This document shows, piece by piece, positions 19,847 through 29,797 of a stretch of DNA of 64,000 nt. The stretch is from NCBI GenBank assembly GCA_918797485.1, contig CAKKNE010000002.1, positions 5,394,001 to 5,458,000 on the forward strand, read 5' to 3'. The notes under the pieces are model-generated. The model saw only the letters and a program-made list of their open reading frames with translations, had not been told where the DNA came from and searched no databases. Both the position numbers and the translations under genes were made by a program. The number at the start of each line of letters is the position of its first letter. Position 1 is the first letter of the stretch. Source of the stretch: Pelagomonas calceolata. Its lineage: Eukaryota.

Positions 19847-21397
19847 ATGGAGGTGGACGCCCCTGTGGCGCCAGCCGACGACGCAGCAGCGACGCCGGAA
19901 GCCACCGACGCGACGAGGCAATTGGACGCACCCGCGGCCGACGACGCAGCCGTGCCGCCGGATGCAGACGCGGCGATGCAAGAGGCCGACGACGCGGCCG
20001 CGGAGGACACGGCGCTCATCGCAGCAACGGCCGAAGCAGCCGCGAAGAAAGCAGAGGGCAACGCGGCCTTCGGCGCGGGAAAGCACGAAGAAGCAGAAAG
20101 CGCCTACGCGGCGGGCCTCGCGTCGTTAGAAGGACACGACACGTCCGGCGCGGAGCCGTCTCCCACACAAGTCGAGGCGCGCGACTTGGTGGTGTCGCTG
20201 CACGTGAACCGCGCGGCGGCCTTATTACGGTTAGAAAGACGCGCGGACGCTGAACAAGCCTGCGACGCGGCGTTAGTGCTGCAGCCCGAGAACGTCAAAG
20301 CTTTATATAGAAGAGGAGTAGCGAGAGCAGAGAACCCCCTCAAGGCGATTGATGACCTGAAGCGGGCTTTGAAGCTGGAGCCGGGCAACACGGCCGCCAA
20401 ACGCGAGCTCGCGAAAGCCGAAAGGCGCCGCGCCGAGCGTGAAAGGGAAGAGCAGCGCAAGATGAAGCAGGGCCTGCGCAAGGCGGCTTCATTAAGTTTG
20501 TACGGGGACAAGGAGGCGGAAAAACGAGAAAAAGCCCAACGGAAGAAGCGGCGCGAGGCGGCGCAGCGCGAGCGCCATCAAGCGTGCAACGCTGAGCGAA
20601 AAGCGGAGGGCAAGGAGGAACTGAGCTTTAGTGAATGGGAAAAGGACGAGAAGGCTAAGCGTGAAAAATTGGCGAAGGATCGGGAGCGCGCGAGCGAGGC
20701 GGCGGCGGCGGCGCGGCGCGACGAGCGGCGGCGGCGGTCTGGTGGTGACGACGTCGTAGTGGTGGACGACGAGGGCGATTTGGCACGAGGCTACAAGACG
20801 ACGGACGACGGGCGGCGGACGTCGTATTTTTCGAGGACGCCGGACGCCGAGGCCGCGAAACTCTTGGCCGCGAACCAGGCGCCGCGGCGCCTCGCCGGCG
20901 ACGCCATTGAGGTGACGGATTCCGACGGCAGCGCCTGGAACGCGGCGGGCACGACCTTCGAGGAGCGCGACATGAAGACGTGGTGCGAAGAGACGCTGCG
21001 CCGGCGGTTGCGGGCGGCCGCGGCCGAGGCTTCTGGTGTTACCATCCGCGCGACATCCATCACAAAATGTAGTGGAGAGGCGTCGCTCGTCGTCTCGCGC
21101 GGCCGCGCGCGGCGCATCTTCGAGTTCGCGGCCGACGTCGCGTGGGAGGCCAAGCTCCCCGCCGAGGCGCCGCCGGGCCCCGGCGCCTGTACGATCACGG
21201 GGACGCTGCGCATGCCGGAGATCAGCTCATCTATCAATGACGGCGCCTACGCCGCGCACGCGCGCAAGGACGCGCATTCTCAGCTCTCTCCATCAAGGGC
21301 CGCGGCGCTCGACGCCGCGATTAATGAATTCGCGGCGGCGGCGCGGACTGCCGTCGTCGCGTTCGTCGGCGACTACGCCGAGAAGAAGATCCGATGA
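19847..21397 (+). CDS. TPR + Aha1_N Hsp90 co-chaperone-like protein
   Basis: KAEGNAAF..NRAAALL..NVKALYRRG TPR; SAWNAAGTTFEERD Aha1 N-domain start. Confidence 0.85.
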   Translation: MEVDAPVAPADDAAATPEATDATRQLDAPAADDAAVPPDADAAMQEADDAAAEDTALIAATAEAAAKKAEGNAAFGAGKHEEAESAYAAGLASLEGHDTSGAEPSPTQVEARDLVVSLHVNRAAALLRLERRADAEQACDAALVLQPENVKALYRRGVARAENPLKAIDDLKRALKLEPGNTAAKRELAKAERRRAEREREEQRKMKQGLRKAASLSLYGDKEAEKREKAQRKKRREAAQRERHQACNAERKAEGKEELSFSEWEKDEKAKREKLAKDRERASEAAAAARRDERRRRSGGDDVVVVDDEGDLARGYKTTDDGRRTSYFSRTPDAEAAKLLAANQAPRRLAGDAIEVTDSDGSAWNAAGTTFEERDMKTWCEETLRRRLRAAAAEASGVTIRATSITKCSGEASLVVSRGRARRIFEFAADVAWEAKLPAEAPPGPGACTITGTLRMPEISSSINDGAYAAHARKDAHSQLSPSRAAALDAAINEFAAAARTAVVAFVGDYAEKKIR

Positions 21398-21751
21398 TGA
21401 TAATGGGGAGCCTTAATTAACAATCTATACTATCACTTATTCACACACCCGGCGGCGGCAGCGCGCGTCCTACACAGTACGTCTACGCCAGCCGCGGCAA
21501 CTTCGCATCGCACTTGTCCTGACTGACCTGTGACAGGTTCCCCTGTCCCGGGCAGGGCTCTTTGCGCGGGCGAGCCACGTCGCGACCCCATCGAGGCCTC
21601 CATCGCAGGCCATTTCGGCTGCTTCGCAAGCTTGTCATCTCCGCGAAGGCAAGCGAAACACGTCGCCGTTGCGACGCGCGCTTGCAGCCTACGCGCCCCA
21701 GCTACCGAACCGGCCGCCCGGCAACCGCGGGCTGCCGCAGGTAGCACAAAT

Positions 21752-23488
21752 ATGGCCGCATTGGAAGCAGAGGCAGCCAAGCTCCTGGCGGCCCTCGACG
21801 CCGGCACGCAATCGATCGACGACGTCCTGGGGCGGTTGTATGGCAAGGCGGCGAGCCCCGATGTTCAGATCCCCAAAGCTGCGCCTGGAAGCACGATGGC
21901 TGTCGCACCGGAGTACGCGCTCGGGCCTTCGACTGATCCCATCGTCCAAGAAACAATCGACTACGTCGGTCCGAAGAACCACTTCCCGTCCCTAGACAAG
22001 AAGTACGACCTCGTGGTCATCGGCGCGGGCGTCGCCGGCCTGCTGAGCGTCATTACGGCAAAGGCGTTGGGGAAGCGAGCTTTATTGATAGAAAAGCACT
22101 ACATGGGCGGCGACTGTTTGAACGTGGGCTGCGTGCCGTCCAAATGTTTAGTTGCGGCGGCGAAGGCGCTGCAGAGCTGCCGGAAAGCGGCGAAACTTGG
22201 AGTCATGGGCGCGGACAACGTGTCGATCGACTTCCCGCGCGTGATGAAAAGGATGCGCGACATTAGAGGTGGAATAGCGCCGCACGACGGCGTCGCGAGG
22301 TATGGGAGGGACTTCTGCGCGGCCGTCATTATAGGAGAGGCGGCGTTCGCGAGTGAGACCGAGGTCGTCATCACGGCGCGCGACGGGTCTGGTAGAAAGC
22401 AGACCGTGGCATTTGACCGGTGTATGGTCGCGACGGGCGCGTCGGCGGCCGTGCCGCCGGCGCCCGGTTTACTGGAGACGCCGCACCTGACCAATGGCAA
22501 CTTTTTCAATCTCGAGGCGCTGCCGCCTACACTAGGCTTGATCGGCGCGGGGCCCATTGGGTTGGAGATGGCCCAGTCGTTGCAACGCTTTGGTTGTCAA
22601 GTGACGGTCTTCGAGATGGCACCGCGATTGCTCCCGCGCGAGGACGCCGACGCGGCATCGGTTGTGGGCGAGTGTTTAGAGGAGGACGGCGTTTCCATTC
22701 ATACTGGTTGTAGAGTGCTTTCTGTACAAGGCGGGCCGTTGGCGTACAAGGCGCCGTGGTCCGAGTACAAAGTGACGGCGCGGCTACAAGATGGTTCGGA
22801 GAAAACGTTTACGTTCTCAGCTTTGTTAAATGCGACGGGCCGCGCGCCGAACGTCACTGGATTAGGTCTGGACAAGGCCAACGTGTCGTATGATGCGCGG
22901 AGCGGCGTGCACACGGACGACTTCTATCGGACGTCGAATCCAAAAATCTATGCGGCCGGCGACGTCGCAAGTGTCTACAAGTTCACGCACGCGGCCGACT
23001 GGCAGGCGCGGTGTGCGGTCCGGAACGCGTTTCTCGACGCCAAATGTCAAAAATCAAGACTACTGGTGCCGTGGTGCACGTACGTCGAGCCTGAAGTCGC
23101 CGCGGTCGGCGCCAGCGACATGGACCTGGAGCAGGCGGGGATTGCCTTCGATACGTATATGCGCCACCTGAAGGATGTCGACCGGTGCAAGTGCGACGGA
23201 ATTGATAGAGGATTCGTGAAGATCCGCACTCAGAAGGGCGGCGATAAGATACTGGGCGCCTCAATTGTTGCGCCGCACGCCGGCGACTTGATTTCCGAGC
23301 TGACCGTGTGCATGCAGAATGGAGTGGGGTTGGCGGACCTGGCGGGGGTCATGCACCCCTACCCGACGGCGGCCGAGAGCATTCGGCAGTGCGCGGCGCA
23401 GTTCTGGTTCTCGCCCCATTTCAAGACGGACGCGAAGGCGCTGGCGATCACACGGCGCGGCGAGGCCGTCGCGAAGCGGGGGGCGTGA
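21752..23488 (+). CDS. Pyridine nucleotide-disulfide oxidoreductase, mercuric-reductase-like bacterial subfamily
   Basis: GAGVAG, GGDCLNVGCVPSK redox disulfide, GAGPIGLE, YAAGD, FTHAAD, HPYPT; no C-terminal Cys-Cys. Confidence 0.85.
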   Translation: MAALEAEAAKLLAALDAGTQSIDDVLGRLYGKAASPDVQIPKAAPGSTMAVAPEYALGPSTDPIVQETIDYVGPKNHFPSLDKKYDLVVIGAGVAGLLSVITAKALGKRALLIEKHYMGGDCLNVGCVPSKCLVAAAKALQSCRKAAKLGVMGADNVSIDFPRVMKRMRDIRGGIAPHDGVARYGRDFCAAVIIGEAAFASETEVVITARDGSGRKQTVAFDRCMVATGASAAVPPAPGLLETPHLTNGNFFNLEALPPTLGLIGAGPIGLEMAQSLQRFGCQVTVFEMAPRLLPREDADAASVVGECLEEDGVSIHTGCRVLSVQGGPLAYKAPWSEYKVTARLQDGSEKTFTFSALLNATGRAPNVTGLGLDKANVSYDARSGVHTDDFYRTSNPKIYAAGDVASVYKFTHAADWQARCAVRNAFLDAKCQKSRLLVPWCTYVEPEVAAVGASDMDLEQAGIAFDTYMRHLKDVDRCKCDGIDRGFVKIRTQKGGDKILGASIVAPHAGDLISELTVCMQNGVGLADLAGVMHPYPTAAESIRQCAAQFWFSPHFKTDAKALAITRRGEAVAKRGA

Positions 23489-23529
23489 TCCGGCCTAAGA
23501 AGAGTTTTCCGTCGATCCGTGGAAATCGA

Positions 23530-23552
23530 GCTAGCGGCTGTAAGACACTAGC
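23530..23552 (+). promoter_or_regulatory. CTAG-box motif
   Basis: GCTAGCGGCTGTAAGACACTAGC, ~195 bp upstream of S17. Confidence 0.7.
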
Positions 23553-23746
23553 AAACACCGCGTCTCCAACCGAGTCGCAGCGCTTCAGGCTCGGGTTCTC
23601 AGACCTGGATAAAAGGTAGCACGACTCATTACGCAGCGCTAAGGGCTACCTGGCAATATTGAGATCGCTGCTGCAGTCCACGCCCTCTGGCAGAGGTTAC
23701 TACAGCGCGCTGCTCGACGCCATCGCTGCACAAGCTAGACAAAAAA

Positions 23747-24100
23747 ATGCTCGCGCTGCGCCGCGCGGCTTGCATAAGGCCGCAGGTCCGCTGCCTGGCC
23801 ACAACACCAACAAATCAAAAACGATGGGGCCCGCCAACACCACCTACGACGACAAACCTGCCGCGCGGCTGCCTCGTCGGTTCGGTAGTCTCGACGGCCA
23901 TGGCCAAGACCGTGAATGTGGATGTGACGCGGACGAAAATCGTGCCCAAGTACCGCAAAGCTAGAAGGTATTCGCGGCGCTTCCTCGCGCACGACGAAGA
24001 CCAAGAGTGCTCATTGGGAGACGTCGTGAGGATTGCGCCCTGCCGGCCGCTTAGTAGGAGGAAGCACTTCGTCGTCCAGGAAATACTAAAGAAGAACTAA
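23747..24100 (+). CDS. MRPS17: Mitochondrial ribosomal protein uS17
   Basis: Presequence + GSVVSTAMAKTVNV..PKYRK..AHDE..GDVVRI..RPLSRRKHF. Confidence 0.9.
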   Translation: MLALRRAACIRPQVRCLATTPTNQKRWGPPTPPTTTNLPRGCLVGSVVSTAMAKTVNVDVTRTKIVPKYRKARRYSRRFLAHDEDQECSLGDVVRIAPCRPLSRRKHFVVQEILKKN

Positions 24101-24101
24101 G

Positions 24102-25226
24102 TTACTTGATCAGCGGGTTCTTCGCAAATACCGTGGTATAGGGGTCGTACTCCTGGCCGTTCTTCGCGACGTTCTCGTAGTGCTCCCTGAGTGACATCGC
24201 GCCGTAGCGCTCCGCGTCAGCCGTCGTGAGCATGTCCTCGACGGCGTAATAGCGCCCGATCTTCCCGAGCTCCCAAGCATCTCTAACAGAGTCGGCCCCG
24301 GTCAAATCATAGACCCACTTGATGGCACCCACAATCCCGTCGAACACCCCGATGGGCACCGGTAATAACCAGGGTTCCTTGCGCTCGCCGCCATCTACGG
24401 CCGCGATCGCGTCCGCGATGAGCTCGCCCTGGCGCTTCATGGACACGCCCGCATCCGGCCCGCCCACGTTCCAGATGGGCTCGCCTCCGTTTGAGCTTCT
24501 AGACGGGTCCGCGACGCAGTCGACGATCGCCATAGCTAAGTCCGCTTCAGAAATGGGGTTGCACGTCGCACTTCTACCTCCACCCAGATCGAAGTAGACG
24601 AAGGGCCCGCCGCCTCGGACAATCTCGACCTGGCCGCTCAGCGACTTGAAGAACGCGGTCGGTCTCACGGACGTCCACGTCACTTGATCCTGGTTCTTGA
24701 GCGCGGCTTCCGTTTTTAATTTAGCTACTTGAAAGCCCAGGTCGGGCTTCGCGACGCAAAAGGCCGACAGGAGGACAAAATGTCTCGCGCCACAGGCTTG
24801 CGCTGCTTTAAGGCAATTAACAGACGCTTCGTAATCGACCTTCAGACTATCGGCCTCCGTGCCGCTGCGCGACGCCAAGCAGCAGATGACGACCTGGGTC
24901 TGGGCGTCCTTGAAGCACTGCGTGATGTCATTTAAGTTTTCGCTCTCGGCCCGCGCGGTGGTCGCGCCGTCGAACGTCAACGAGCTTTGAGGCCTCGTGA
25001 CGGCCGTCGTATCATAGCCCCTTCGGACACATTCCCGGACCACGGCCTTGCCGATGTAACCAGACGCTCCCACGATAGTTACTTTTTCATCAGTCTTGTC
25101 TACGCCTGGGGTGAAGGCCATGCGCAGCGGGGCGGGGCGCTGCCGTGAGGCCATGCGCGGCACGGCGGGGCGCAGCGCCGTGGCCGAGCGCGCCAGTGCG
25201 GCGGCGAGGAGGATTACGCGCGCCAT
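24102..25226 (-). CDS. DVR: NADPH-dependent divinyl (proto)chlorophyllide 8-vinyl reductase, plastid-targeted
   Basis: Bipartite presequence; GASGYIG, CCLASRSG, FVLLSAFCVAKP, VRPTAFFKSLSGQ, CNPISEADLA, IGRYYAVEDML. Confidence 0.92.
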   Translation of the reverse strand: MARVILLAAALARSATALRPAVPRMASRQRPAPLRMAFTPGVDKTDEKVTIVGASGYIGKAVVRECVRRGYDTTAVTRPQSSLTFDGATTARAESENLNDITQCFKDAQTQVVICCLASRSGTEADSLKVDYEASVNCLKAAQACGARHFVLLSAFCVAKPDLGFQVAKLKTEAALKNQDQVTWTSVRPTAFFKSLSGQVEIVRGGGPFVYFDLGGGRSATCNPISEADLAMAIVDCVADPSRSSNGGEPIWNVGGPDAGVSMKRQGELIADAIAAVDGGERKEPWLLPVPIGVFDGIVGAIKWVYDLTGADSVRDAWELGKIGRYYAVEDMLTTADAERYGAMSLREHYENVAKNGQEYDPYTTVFAKNPLIK

Positions 25227-25556
25227 CTCACAAATGACTGCCTTGCGGAGCAATGGCGTGGTCAATCCAGCCTGCGATCCACTTGCTAAAAAAGTAAATT
25301 AGCTAGCGTAAAGAAGCACTTAACTTCCTTTTTGCTTTGCTGCACTCTGCAATTGGGCTAGCACTGCCAGTAGACGTTTATTGCGAGCGCAACGTGAACG
25401 CTGCGACCCGCATCGCATCGCTGCGAGCTGCAACGCTGCGAGCTGCATACAGCGCATCACTGGACTGCCCAGTCCTGTGCAGGGCGCATCGCCGTGAGCA
25501 GGCAACGCGCATCATAGCGGTGCGTCGCGGCCTCAGGACCCAACTCACAGAGACAC

Positions 25557-26996
25557 ATGGCCGCAAAACTCGGCGCCCTCGACTTCTTCGGCGACGGCGA
25601 CGCGCCAGCGCCAGCACCAGCACCAGCACCTGTACCGGACAGACCACCCACAGCAACACCCGTAACAAGTGAAAGCGCCACACGAACGAGAAAACGCCTC
25701 GGCATCACGGTCGAGGCCGCGGGCGCCGCGCCGCCGCCGCCGTGGCATAATTGGAGCGACGGCGACCTCGACGCGCGTATTACAGAAGCGCTGCCGCGCG
25801 GCGGCTGGCCCCGGCCCACGCCCGTGCAGGCCCAGGCCGCGCCCGTGCTGTTGGAAGGCAGAGACGCGCTGGTGGTCGCGCCGACGGGCGGTGGCAAAAC
25901 CGGCGCGTTCCTCGTGCCCGCGCTGCACCTCGTCATCGCGTCGCGCGGTTCTCGAAAGACGCTCGTCGCCGCGCCGACGCGCGAGCTCGTCGCGCAGCTC
26001 GCGCGCGAGGCGCGGCGCTGGCTCGGCCTCTGCGGCTCTGACTTGGTCGTGGCGACGCCGCCCTTCACTGACTCAAAGGCGGCCCTGTGCGTGGCGACGC
26101 CCCAGGCGCTGCTTCAATCCAAAATCACTCCGTCGCTCCTCGTCCTCGACGAGGCCGACCGCCTCCTCGACACCGAGGGCGGTTTGCTAAAGGCGGTCGA
26201 CGCGCTCCTGGCAAAGGGGGCGACAACGCGCGCGCTCGTGTCGGCGACGGCGCCGGGCCCGTTCATGGAGGCCGCGGTGGCCGCGCTCGCGCCGACGCGG
26301 TGCGTCGTGCGTGTCGGGACCGAGTCCGACGGTCCACGGGCCACCGTGGCGCAGCGCTTCGTGTACACGGGCGACGACGACCGCAGCAAGGCGCCCGCGC
26401 TGCGCGAGCTGATCCGGGATGGGGCTTGCGCGCCGCCGTGCCTTACTGTGCGGAAATCAACCAGTGCGTCGGGCTCACCAGGCGCCGTGAAAACCTGATT
26501 CCTACACAGGTGCCTGATCTTCGCGAACTCGGCGGCGCGCGCGGCGCGCGTCGCGGCGCGGCTCGCCGAGGCGGGACTGAGGGCAGACGTCCTCGCGGCG
26601 GCGGCCGGGCCGCCGGCGGAGCGCGCGCGCGCGCTGCGCAAGTTTAGGGGCGGAGAAACGTGGTTCCTCGTCGCGACGGACGTCGCGAGCCGCGGCCTCG
26701 ACCTCCCGGCGCTCGCCTGCGTCGTGAGCTACGACGCGCCGACGTCCGCGCAGGACTACGTCCACCGCGTCGGCCGCGCGGGCCGCCGCGGCCGCCCGGG
26801 CGCCGCGCTGACGCTCTACACGTCCGACGACGCGCCGCGGCTCCGCGCCGTCGCGAAGGCCGCGCGCCGCGCGGGCTGCGCCGACGTGCCCTCGTTCCTC
26901 GCCGCGGACGTCCCGCGCCGCGCCTGGGACGCCGCGGCGGGCGAGGGCCGCGATGGCTCCCGGCGGAAGCGGCGGAAGGGGTCGGATAATAAGTAA
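25557..26996 (+). CDS. DEAD-box RNA helicase (DDX52/Rok1-like); exons 25557-26437, 26510-26996
   Basis: PTPVQ, APTGGGKT, PTRELVAQ, DEAD, SAT; after splicing PPCLIFANS, ATDVASRGLD, YVHRVGRAGR. Confidence 0.9.
26446..26509. mobile_element. Introner element forming a 72-nt GT-AG intron (26438-26509)
   Basis: TIR CTGTGCGGAAATCA/TGATTCCTACACAG (11/14); TSD GTGCCTTA/GTGCCTGA (7/8); removal restores helicase motif IV. Confidence 0.9.
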
Positions 26997-27007
26997 AGAA
27001 AGAATTT

Positions 27008-27030
27008 GCTAGCGTTATGTAACACACTAC
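27008..27030 (+). promoter_or_regulatory. CTAG-box motif variant
   Basis: GCTAGCGTTATGTAACACACTAC, ~197 bp upstream of Mpv17 ATG. Confidence 0.6.
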
Positions 27031-27226
27031 CGAACCCTGTCAGACATTGTTGCCATTGCAGACCTGACTGGCTGATCCCTGAAGCACATACAGTTCGTTT
27101 AGCAAACGCCCAGCAAGTCTTCGTCAATCACTTGTGCCTGCTGGTGCCCCGCTGCAGCTCTGAAGTCGTCACTGCTGCTTGACCACCTGTGCCAGCTGCA
27201 GCTCCGCAGCCACAGACGTTGCAGCC

Positions 27227-27895
27227 ATGCCGCGAGCAACAACAACCGCGCTGCTGGCCTTTACATTGGCGCCGGGCGTCGAGCCCTTCGTCGTTCCTAC
27301 AGGGAGACGAAGGCCGCCGCTGCGTATGGAAGCCGGCCCGGCCGAGCTCTGGAGCGGCTACCTCGCGGCGTTGGAAGCGGACCCGCTCCCCGTGAAGATG
27401 GCCACGGCGGCGTGCGTCATCGGCGCGGGCGACGCGACGGCGCAGCTCATCGAGAACGAAAGAAAAAAGTTGCCGGACGCGGCGCGCGTCGCGCGCTGGG
27501 CCTTTTTTGGGTTGGTGCTCCAGGCGCCGTGGAACCACGTCTGGCAGAACGTGCTGGAAGGCGCGCTGCCGGCGACGGCCTCGCCCTGGACCGCCGTAAC
27601 TTTCGAGAAGGTCGCGCTCGACCAGGGCCTCCAGGCGCCGGCCTTCACTGCATTGGTATTCTTCTTCTTCGCGGCGCTCGAGGGTGCGGGTTTACGGGGA
27701 GGCGTCGCCGCGTGCGAGCGGGACCTCGCGCCGACGATTCTCAAAAATTGGCTCGTATTCGTCCCGGCGACGTTCATCAATCTAGGCTTCGTGCCGCTGG
27801 AACTGCGGGTCCTCTTCATCAACGTGGTCTTCTTCTTCTGGGTCATCTTCCTCTCGCTGCTCATCAACAACGACGAGGCGAGTAAACAAGTCTAA
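27227..27895 (+). CDS. Mpv17/PMP22 family membrane protein with presequence
   Basis: YLAALEADPLPVKMATA..GDATAQ..KVALDQ..NW.VFVPATFINLGFVPLELRVLF. Confidence 0.9.
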   Translation: MPRATTTALLAFTLAPGVEPFVVPTGRRRPPLRMEAGPAELWSGYLAALEADPLPVKMATAACVIGAGDATAQLIENERKKLPDAARVARWAFFGLVLQAPWNHVWQNVLEGALPATASPWTAVTFEKVALDQGLQAPAFTALVFFFFAALEGAGLRGGVAACERDLAPTILKNWLVFVPATFINLGFVPLELRVLFINVVFFFWVIFLSLLINNDEASKQV

Positions 27896-27901
27896 AAAAC
27901 A

Positions 27902-29462
27902 TTAACACACGACGCACTCCTCCTTGGGCCCGGCTACAGGCCGCAGGAGCGGCGCCGGCGGCGGCCGGCCCGCGTCCAGCGCCGCGTAGGCGGCTCCGGA
28001 GGCGTCGTCGCGCGCGGCTGGTCGCGGCGCCGCGGCGGCGGCCCGGGTGCCCAGGCCGTGCGTGAGCACCTTCTCGAGGAGCTCGCCCGTCTGCCAGTTT
28101 TCCTCGTCGACCTGTGTGGAAATCAACCAGTGAGTTAGGTTGCGAAACTCCGTGTCGGTGGCGTGGAAACTCCACGCCATCGCGCAGATGCAGTGACAGG
28201 AACAGGCGGGGCGCCTGAAATTCGATTTCCACACAGGCTGGGACGGCGGGCACCTCGAGGGGGCGCGACCGTAATGATGGAGGGGACTCCCGGAGCTCAC
28301 CTGCGTCGCGTTGAGATCATGATTCTGCCGTATGCGAGAAGCGCCGCGAAATTTGATCGTGCGCTGAAGCTCGCCGTCGACGGCGCACACACAAGACACG
28401 GCGAAGCGGTACGTCGTCGCGGGCGCGAGGCCGTGGACAAGCGTCGACGGGCGCGGCGGCGGCGGCAGGTTGAGGTGCCGGCGCAGCGCCACGCCGCGGT
28501 CGACGGCCTCGTTCGCGCAGAAGTCGCGCCGCGGCGGCCGGCGGCCGGCGCCGGGCGCGCGCGCGGCCTGCGTCGATGCGTGTTGTGCGGGAGTCCTCGG
28601 ACAAACAGCACGCCAGACCAGTGGGCTCAGCCACTGCGACAGAAGGACGAAGACAAAAACTAACAGGACGCAGGAAACAGACCCCGACGGCGAACTCGAC
28701 GGTCGCGTCAGCATTTGTGCTGCCGCCGGCGACGGCGCGCCCGCGGACGACGTACCGCTCGACCGGCCCGACGCCCGGCGCGGGCGGCGGCGGCCGCCAG
28801 CGGACCTCCACCACCCTCTCGCGCGCGTCGCCCTCGACGTACTCGGACAGCTTCGCCTCCACCCTCAACGGCGACCGCGGCAACAATTTGGGCGGCGCGG
28901 CGAGGAGCTCGCGCATGGCCTCGCGCTCGGCGGCCGTGTGCCGGCCCGGCGGCGCCTCGACCTCCGTTGGGGCGGCGGCCCCCGCGCGCAGCAGCAGGCG
29001 CGCGCTCGCGGCGTCTCCACACAACACCGCGCCGGCGAGCGGCGCCGGCCTTTCGTCGCCCGTCGCCGGCTCGGCCCCGGCCGCGAGCAGCAGCTCGACG
29101 CACCGCGCGAAGCCACCGGGCGCGTCGGGCTCGGGCCGCCTTCTATACGCCTGCGCCGCGCCCGGCCCACCCGCCAAAGCGCAGCCCGCGGCGAGATGAA
29201 GTAAACTCCAGCCCATGTGATGCAGCCGCGACGTCGCCGCCGGGTCGCCTCCATTTTCAAGGTAGGCCGCGAGCGCGCGCGCGTCGCCGTGCTCCGCCGC
29301 CTCGAGCGCGTCCTGCGTCGACGGCGCGATCCGCCGCGGCGGCGCGGTTGGTGGAGGCTCCTCCGTCGTCGCGGACGCGCGCATGCGTTGCGCGTCGGGC
29401 GACGCGTTGTCGCGGAGCCGGTCCGGTGGGGTTTCGTCGATGAGCTCGCTGAGGGATTGCAT
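27902..29462 (-). CDS. Ankyrin + fibronectin-III-like protein ending in CVVC* (CaaX-like); four predicted exons
   Basis: GWSLLHLAA..CVELLLAAGA ankyrin; VEVRW.PP..YVV and GLAPATTYRFAV FN3; introns 28568-~28685, 28301-28374, 28112-28244 give a continuous frame (DGELRESPPSLRSRPLEVPAVDEENW). Confidence 0.75.
28112..28236. mobile_element. Introner element in reverse orientation forming intron 28112-28244
   Basis: Perfect 13-bp TIR; subterminal ACCAGTGAGTTAGG and GGGGCGCC.GAAATT shared with the 16021 copy; TSD decayed (GTCCCAGC vs GTCGACGA). Confidence 0.88.
28301..28366. mobile_element. Decayed introner forming a 74-nt GC-AG intron (28301-28374)
   Basis: TSD GCGAGCTT/GTGAGCTC (6/8, minus strand); TCAAATTTCG subterminal motif; removal restores FN3 frame. 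Confidence 0.7.
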
Positions 29463-29678
29463 GGCTGCTTATTTTTGACGATGTCGAGCTAGAGTATCAC
29501 CGCCCGACGGCTTATTATTTGATAGCCCTGGACCAGGGCAGCAGTGAGTGGGCAGTAGAGCTATTTCGACCGCGTAAAAATTGCCGTAGGGCTCGTGTCG
29601 CGTTGTGAAGAGCTCCAGAACGCACGCGTATCAACCCTTATGGCTGGGGGCCGACAAAAGCTGTTGGCGCAGGCACTA

Positions 29679-29701
29679 GCTAGCGGCAGTAAGATACTAG
29701 C
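29679..29701 (+). promoter_or_regulatory. CTAG-box motif
   Basis: GCTAGCGGCAGTAAGATACTAGC between divergent ATGs 29462 and 29798. Confidence 0.7.
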
Positions 29702-29797
29702 CAGCAAAGTGCACTGACTTTTGCTGAAATACAGCGCTAACTGGCCCCCTACAGACCTATATTTGTTGCTCAGACCTAGAACTGCGCCCAGGAAGTA

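Noticed and set aside
21752..23488. Calling this gene merA (mercury resistance)
   Set aside because: Lacks the C-terminal Cys-Cys pair and NmerA domain; no mer context
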